NCBI GenBank assembly: GCA_017513085.1
Contig: JAFWDK010000023.1
Coordinates: 24,343 to 88,342 of the forward strand
From: Clostridiales bacterium
GTDB taxonomy: Bacteria; Bacillota; Clostridia; Saccharofermentanales; Saccharofermentanaceae
Length of the DNA stretch: 64,000 bases
Direction: 5' to 3'
The notes under the pieces are model-generated. The model was not told the DNA's origin. It did not search any database and worked only from the letters and a program-made list of their open reading frames with translations. Below, in pieces: positions 58,037 through 64,000 of this stretch; within the stretch, counting starts at the first letter, position 1, and every line of letters starts with the position of its first letter. The position numbers and the translations under genes were made by a program.

Positions 58037-59992
58037 TTATTCTCCTTTATTTTTCATCTTAAAACAGAAATCAGCGATTCCTTCACAGATCTTGTCCTGA
58101 TATTCCGGATCCGACAAAAGCCGGTCGTCTTCTTCGTTAGACATATAGCCCATCTCCAGAAGGAACGACGGCACGGTATTCGCCCAGTTCAATCCGCTAT
58201 AGGTCGTCGAAGCATTACATCCGCGATATTTTGCTCCGGTTGCTTCCGCATAGCACTTGCCCAGCATCTCGCCCCATTCCACCTGCTTGTCCGCAAGATC
58301 GCCCTTGCTGCATACAAAAACGCCTACGCCACGGACATCGGCACTATCTGCGGCATCGCAGTGCAGGCGCAGGAACACGTCCGCATTACAATCCACGGCG
58401 ATCTTCGCTCTCTGGATATTAGAAACATCCACATCCGCCGTTTCCCGCGTCATAACCACTTTGGCACCCAAAGAGACCAGATGGTCACGAAGTTTCAGTC
58501 CGATCTCCAGATTGACTTCATGTTCAGGACGCTTGGTAGCCACTCCACTGGTTCCGGCAGAAACCTTCGCCTTCTGCTCATCCGACCAAGGTGCCAACGG
58601 TTCCGTATCGCTATTTGCCTTCGCCTGATGACCCGGGTCAATACAAATAACCATTCCCGAAAGATCGAACTTCGCGTCCGGAGCCGAAACCGTCTCCGTA
58701 CCGGACTCCGAAGTCTCAGTGCTCAGCGGACTCGGCACAACTTCAAAGCTCACTTTCCAGTATTCTTCGCCGCGCATATCGTAGACCACAAAGTAATACT
58801 TGCCCTCCGGCAATACTTTGGCATCTTCCGGCTTCAGCGGAAGGATGTACTCCTGATCCTCTTGTCCGTCCGGCGGCAACAAAGAACCTTCACAAGCCGC
58901 AGGGCCCTGTTCCTTATAGTCCTTGTCGGTAAAGACCTTATAGTCTAACCTGATATCTTTATATTTTACCTCAGAGCTGAGTTTGGCGGCGATATATTCC
59001 GTCCCGTAAGGATACTCCTGCACTTTCGCGCCGGCCTCATCGATCATGGCGATCTCGGTGAATTCAAACGCGATCGGGATCCTCGTTCCATCAGGGAAAA
59101 CTTCGATCGTTCCTTCAATGAAGCACTTGTTATTCGGATCGTACATTTTACACGTTAACAAGCCGACAGGAAGTTTTCCCGACGGATTGAGCGCCACGTC
59201 GATAATATCCGAATTGCCATCCATCGTGCACGTTCCGCCTTCCAGAATATTACCCTTGTCGTCAATAAACTCATATCGGATATTGATATCGTTATAATAG
59301 TCCCATGTCGTCACATAATATCTGACTTCGTCGACCGTCTCGTGCAGACCCGGTATAAGGTTGTATTTCCCATCGTACCAATAGGTCTCATACACAGAAA
59401 TCGGAACAAAGCTCTTCGAGACGGAAGCGACCGTTTCCGTCGTACTAAAGTTCAGTTTCTCGATAAAGCCGAATAGTCCTTCCAAAAAAGCACTTGCGTC
59501 GGCAGCTGCGATCTTCCACTGTGTTTCTTTGAGTCCGGCGTGGAAAGAATACTCACATTTCTTCTTTTCCGCATTCTGAATCAGTCCGATCACGTCCGAA
59601 ACCGTAGCATCCTGAGGAATCGCTCCCAGAAGCGCATCCGTATCGATGTAGGACACGGATAATGCAGAAACAGTATCTGTTCCGTCTTCCTTCACATCAT
59701 CTACAGAGTATGAAAACTTTTTCAGGCATGCATCCAGGATTCCGGATACCTCGGATCTGGAAAATGTACGGATCTTATCGATTTCATTACAGGAACCATC
59801 TACCAGAACAGCCATTTTATCGTATTTACTGCTCTTCAAATAGGCGCAAAAATCGTCCAGCAGCGCCTCTGTCTGTTCAACGGGACTTTTCTCGCGTTTT
59901 CCGCCTTTCTTCTCATTCTTCCGGCAACCGCAAACGCAAGTCAGCAATAAAAGCACAACAAGTAATCCTGCTGTGATCCTCTTGGCAAACAT
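58037..59992 (-). CDS. Lipoprotein with C-terminal N-acetylmuramoyl-L-alanine amidase (Amidase_3)
   Basis: Lipobox VCGC, IDPGHQ, EHEVNL, MTRE, RLHCDA, LLEMGYMSN. Confidence 0.88.
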   Translation of the reverse strand: MFAKRITAGLLVVLLLLTCVCGCRKNEKKGGKREKSPVEQTEALLDDFCAYLKSSKYDKMAVLVDGSCNEIDKIRTFSRSEVSGILDACLKKFSYSVDDVKEDGTDTVSALSVSYIDTDALLGAIPQDATVSDVIGLIQNAEKKKCEYSFHAGLKETQWKIAAADASAFLEGLFGFIEKLNFSTTETVASVSKSFVPISVYETYWYDGKYNLIPGLHETVDEVRYYVTTWDYYNDINIRYEFIDDKGNILEGGTCTMDGNSDIIDVALNPSGKLPVGLLTCKMYDPNNKCFIEGTIEVFPDGTRIPIAFEFTEIAMIDEAGAKVQEYPYGTEYIAAKLSSEVKYKDIRLDYKVFTDKDYKEQGPAACEGSLLPPDGQEDQEYILPLKPEDAKVLPEGKYYFVVYDMRGEEYWKVSFEVVPSPLSTETSESGTETVSAPDAKFDLSGMVICIDPGHQAKANSDTEPLAPWSDEQKAKVSAGTSGVATKRPEHEVNLEIGLKLRDHLVSLGAKVVMTRETADVDVSNIQRAKIAVDCNADVFLRLHCDAADSADVRGVGVFVCSKGDLADKQVEWGEMLGKCYAEATGAKYRGCNASTTYSGLNWANTVPSFLLEMGYMSNEEDDRLLSDPEYQDKICEGIADFCFKMKNKGE

Positions 59993-60190
59993 TTCTTTCT
60001 CCTTTTCCGTATAAAAATCCGTTTATAGTTTGCGCCTTTCCTGTTAAATTGGCAAGCACGACTATTTCTTTTCGGTTAATTCTTTTTTAAATTACATGAT
60101 TCTGCTATGAATCCTCTTTTTTCTGATACCGCTCCTGTGTTATTATTTGTTTGTTGAGTTTTCTTATTTGGTTTGGGAGGAGCTCCGCGC

Positions 60191-61687
60191 ATGAAACTGT
60201 CGGATTTGACAAAATACCAGAATATCACCATTCAGTGTCATGATAATCCGGATCCAGATGCCATCGCATCAGGCTTTGCTTTGTATAGATATTTCAGCAG
60301 CCACCGTTGCAATGTCCGTCTGATTTACAGTGGACGGTATAAAATCACGAAAGTAAATCTGACCATGATGATCGAGATGTTCCGCATCCCGATCGAGTAT
60401 TGTGTATCCGACTTCGGGTCCTGTGATCTTCTGATCACTACCGACTGTCAGTACCGTTCCGGAAACGTGCGTTTCTTTCCGGCTCCAACCGTAGCCGTCA
60501 TCGATCATCACCAATTCTGCGGGATTGATGTGGACTACTCTTTTATCCAATCCAATGTCGGCAGCTGTTGTACTCTTGTCTGGCAGCTTTTCCGTAACGA
60601 AGGTATCGACATCAATAAAGATCCGCTTTGCGCGACCGCGCTTTACTATGGACTTTACTGTGATACGAACCAATTCTCCGAGCTTTATCACCCGCTCGAT
60701 CGTGATATGCGTGATGCGCTGGCTTTTGACCAGGCTGCGCTGGTGCGTCTTTCCAACTCCAATCTTTCTTTGAGCGAGCTTTCTATTGCCGCACAGGCAA
60801 TGAACGATTTCACTTTCGACAGCGACCTTCGCTTAGCTCTTGTCCAGGTTCAGCCTTGCGATCCGAATATTCTCGGTCTCATCAGTGATTTTCTGATCCA
60901 GGTCGACCGGGTGGATATCTGTATCGCCTTTAATGAGACTTATACCGGTTATAAACTCTCCATTCGAAGCTGTATCAAGGAAACCAAGGCCAGCGAGCTT
61001 GCTGAATACATCACGGAAGATGTCGGCTATGGTGGTGGTCATAAGAATAAGGCCGGTGGCTTTATTTCCAAAGACGATTACTCTGCCCAGTACGGACAGA
61101 TGCGCATGATGCAGTTCCTGCGAAGCAAACTTATGAAGTACTCCGGCGAGTGCACGATCCTGCGCGCCGGCATCGACAAGATGAGTACCGAAGGCACGAA
61201 GCGTTACCGCAAGAAGAGAATTCCGATCGGTGTTGTTTTCTGCAAAGATTTCGTTACTACCAATACTCCTCTGCTCGTCCGTACGCTTGAGGGAGATATC
61301 GATATCAATGCCAGCGCGGATACATGCATCATGGTTGGCATCCAGGGAGAGATCACTCCGATCTCCGCTTCGAAGTTCAAAGAAACTTACGATATGTGCA
61401 ATGCCAAGTCTCATGTTTCTTCGGAATACCGCCCGACGATCAAGAATCTGCGTAGTGGCGAGAGCTTCGATCTTGCCAAGCATATCCGCTCTTGCGTATC
61501 CAAGGGTACCGAATATGTTTACGTTAAACCAATCACCAATTCCGTCAAGATATTCACACTCTGGGATGCGAACAACTATGTTCGTGGAATCGAGGGCGAC
61601 TATATCGCTGTTCGTGAGAATGATCTTTCCGACTTTTATATCATTGAGAAGAACCTGTTTGCCAGAACCTACGAACTGGCCGAGTAA
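60191..61687 (+). CDS. DHH/DHHA1 family phosphoesterase with C-terminal extension
   Basis: HDNPDPDAIAS, TDCQ, IDHH, YCDT, GGGHKNKAGG. RBS GGAGGA precedes ATG 60191. Confidence 0.88.
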   Translation: MKLSDLTKYQNITIQCHDNPDPDAIASGFALYRYFSSHRCNVRLIYSGRYKITKVNLTMMIEMFRIPIEYCVSDFGSCDLLITTDCQYRSGNVRFFPAPTVAVIDHHQFCGIDVDYSFIQSNVGSCCTLVWQLFRNEGIDINKDPLCATALYYGLYCDTNQFSELYHPLDRDMRDALAFDQAALVRLSNSNLSLSELSIAAQAMNDFTFDSDLRLALVQVQPCDPNILGLISDFLIQVDRVDICIAFNETYTGYKLSIRSCIKETKASELAEYITEDVGYGGGHKNKAGGFISKDDYSAQYGQMRMMQFLRSKLMKYSGECTILRAGIDKMSTEGTKRYRKKRIPIGVVFCKDFVTTNTPLLVRTLEGDIDINASADTCIMVGIQGEITPISASKFKETYDMCNAKSHVSSEYRPTIKNLRSGESFDLAKHIRSCVSKGTEYVYVKPITNSVKIFTLWDANNYVRGIEGDYIAVRENDLSDFYIIEKNLFARTYELAE

Positions 61688-61718
61688 ATCTTTTCATTGT
61701 CTTGATCCGCATATAAGG

Positions 61719-61749
61719 ACAGCCGCCTTACAAAAGGGCGGCTGTTTTG
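61719..61749 (+). terminator. Intrinsic terminator after the DHH gene
   Basis: ACAGCCGCC..GGCGGCTGT followed by TTTGT. Confidence 0.75.
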
Positions 61750-61785
61750 TTTCTATGAATTATTGCCCGTGACTCGACTTTGGGC

Positions 61786-61818
61786 AAAAAAACAGTTGCC
61801 ACGGGGGGGTAGCAACCG
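61786..61818 (-). terminator. Intrinsic terminator of the candidate sRNA
   Basis: Minus strand reads CGGTTGCTAC-C6-GTGGCAACTG-TTTTTTT. Its G-U pairs work only on this strand. Confidence 0.8.
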
Positions 61819-62054
61819 TCTCATATGCACAGCGTGCTTCTGACAACGCGTCAGACAATTTTAGTTTGGGTAAAGTGGTTTGGCCAGTATGCATGGTTGG
61901 CTGATGCATGCTTTTATGCAGAAGAAGGAGATACATCATAAACGTCTTAAAGGGTGGAGACTCCTTTTAAGATTGATGACGGTTAGAGTGCATACTGCCA
62001 AACAACTTCACTCCCACATTTTCACAGAGTTTCATAGAAACATCTGTGTGACAC
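61786..62054 (-). ncRNA. Candidate structured small RNA (~270 nt), family not recognised (6S-like rod or trans-acting sRNA)
   Basis: Has its own promoter and terminator, extensive self-complementarity (61867-61893 with 61989-62016), and no credible ORF. Confidence 0.6.
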
Positions 62055-62060
62055 AACTGA

Positions 62061-62124
62061 ATAATAACATATACAAAACCATTGTCAATACTGCATTGCC
62101 AGTAATTATCAAAACTGATATAAT
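62061..62124. promoter_or_regulatory. Back-to-back sigma-A promoters (sRNA leftward, lacI rightward)
   Basis: Minus: TTGACA(62088-62083)-16-TATTAT(62066-62061) with extended TG. Plus: TTGCCA(62096-62101)-17-TATAAT(62119-62124) with extended TG. Confidence 0.8.
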
Positions 62125-62226
62125 AATGGAAGTTACACGATTACATTTCAGTAATCACCGTTTGTTACACTGGTTGTTACATGAAAATCATTTTGTTTCA
62201 ATCATCGATTGAAGGAGAGAATTATC

Positions 62227-63228
62227 ATGACTACTATACGCGATGTTGCAGAATATGCTCACGTTTCCGTTGCCACCGTCTCACGCGTCTTGAAGAAGAA
62301 TGGTCCGGTTTCACCTGAAACAGAGGCTCGTGTTTACGAGGCCATTGAAAAACTCGGTTATCTTCCCCCGCACTCAGGCAAGAAATCAAACGAAAACAAG
62401 AAACTCAGCGTGCTGGTGCTTTTCCCGAATTCGATCCGCAGCATGCATTCTGAGATGCTGTCCGGAATACGTGATGCCGCCAAAGAAGAAGGCATCCTTC
62501 TTTATTACGCAGTTTGCGATAATGACGTTCAACTGGAGGAAAGCTACGTTAATGAGCTTCGTCGTGGTATGTTCGATGGATTAGTCTTTATGGGAACGTT
62601 TCTCCAGGTCAATGATCTTCTCCAACTCAAGAAGACCTGTCAGATCGCGCTTTGCGGTGAATATGTCGAAGGGGCCAAAGTTCTCTCCGTTACTGTCGAT
62701 TACGAGCAGGCTGCCTACGATGCGGTTTCTCATCTGATTTCTTTAGGTCATAAGAAGATCGCCATCATCACCACACATCAGCGTGTCTGGTCCTCTGTAC
62801 AAAAAGAGAACGGTTATCGTAAGGCTCTTCTGGATCATGGTCTTCCGGTCGAGGATGAATACCTCTTCTATGGCCGTTTTACATCAAACAACTCCCGTTA
62901 CATACTCAACTACTTTGAATCGATGGATGAGCCGCCTACGGCGTATTTCTGCATCTCGGATGACATTGCAAGAAGCATCTGCAATTGTCTGATGGAAAGG
63001 AACTATGAAATCGGCAACGAACTTTCCGTATGCGGGTTTGATGATTCTGAATCGAGTACATCCGCCTACCCACGTCTGACAACGGTCAATCAGCCTTTCT
63101 ATGATATCGGTTTCAAGGTGATCGGTCTATTAAAAAACAATATGACAAGCGTGCTGGAACACAACGAGATGTGCTATCTCCCGCATAAGCTATATATCCG
63201 GGAATCAACAAGTCAGAAGGAAGTGTGA
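62227..63228 (+). CDS. LacI family transcriptional regulator
   Basis: TIRDVAEYAHVSVATVSRVL, then a periplasmic-binding-like domain with SVCGFDD and LTTVNQP. Confidence 0.94.
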   Translation: MTTIRDVAEYAHVSVATVSRVLKKNGPVSPETEARVYEAIEKLGYLPPHSGKKSNENKKLSVLVLFPNSIRSMHSEMLSGIRDAAKEEGILLYYAVCDNDVQLEESYVNELRRGMFDGLVFMGTFLQVNDLLQLKKTCQIALCGEYVEGAKVLSVTVDYEQAAYDAVSHLISLGHKKIAIITTHQRVWSSVQKENGYRKALLDHGLPVEDEYLFYGRFTSNNSRYILNYFESMDEPPTAYFCISDDIARSICNCLMERNYEIGNELSVCGFDDSESSTSAYPRLTTVNQPFYDIGFKVIGLLKNNMTSVLEHNEMCYLPHKLYIRESTSQKEV

Positions 63229-63278
63229 TCCCTCTGAGAGAGACTGGAAGATTTATTATAAATGAGAAAAAAGACAAA

Positions 63279-63311
63279 CAAAAAACCGAATCCATAAGGA
63301 TTCGGTTTATT
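63279..63311. terminator. Bidirectional terminator between lacI and the rRNA operon tail
   Basis: AAACCGAATCC-ATAA-GGATTCGGTTT. Confidence 0.8.
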
Positions 63312-63387
63312 TGGCTCCCCCAGTAAGACTCGAACTTACGACCCTGCGGTTAACAGCCGCATGCTCTACCGACTGAGCTATAGAGGA
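63312..63387 (-). tRNA. tRNA-Asn (GTT)
   Basis: TCCTCTATAGCTCAGTCGGTAGAGC..CTGTTAA..GTTCGAGTC..GCCA; 76 nt with encoded CCA. Confidence 0.97.
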
Positions 63388-63392
63388 ATTTA

Positions 63393-63510
<118 letters not shown>

Positions 63511-63640
63511 TGGTTGAGGGTCTTTAAGCTGCACCCTCAAGACTGCATAGAAAACTATAACATGTTTTCAAGAAGATTGGAAGAGATATCTTAAAAATGT
63601 TCTGGTTAAAGATGATTTCATCTAGAGAATCTTAACTTGT

Positions 63641-64000
<360 letters not shown>

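Noticed and set aside
61880-62212. 110-aa plus-strand ORF upstream of lacI
   Set aside because: It has a TTG start with no RBS, runs across both divergent promoters and has atypical composition. The region is better explained by a minus-strand RNA.

Overview
Core-genome-like window of roughly 50% GC from a Clostridia-type Firmicute (the lineage is inferred from gene content and the many lipoproteins). I found no phage, IS transposase or CRISPR array. Left to right it holds: alaS (running off the left edge), a MoxR/DUF58/transglutaminase triad, a WYL regulator, DUF1015-oxidoreductase-DUF2298, glmM/GlmU-like/nagB, a MarR-regulated ABC exporter pair, surE, an SPFH gene, serA, two DUF885 lipoproteins, an ABC-2 exporter, radA, ispD, ispF, mrp, a propeller-HD-GYP sensor, a DHH phosphoesterase, a LacI regulator and the tail of an rRNA operon (23S-5S-tRNA-Asn). 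The strongest candidate for an undescribed system is a dlt-like cell-envelope acylation pathway at 50297-55580: Asp/Glu racemase, adenylation enzyme with a basic substrate pocket, carrier protein, MBOAT with a fused FIYNQF acyl-shuttle tail, and an SGNH transferase with Cys in place of the catalytic Ser. It appears built to transfer a D-acidic amino acid instead of D-Ala. Other highlights are a structured ~270-nt RNA with its own promoter and terminator, divergent from lacI; a PP2C-pseudophosphatase/disordered/TM/LysM protein; and a small membrane protein whose RBS is buried in a long hairpin. All family calls come from manual motif recognition, not database searches.
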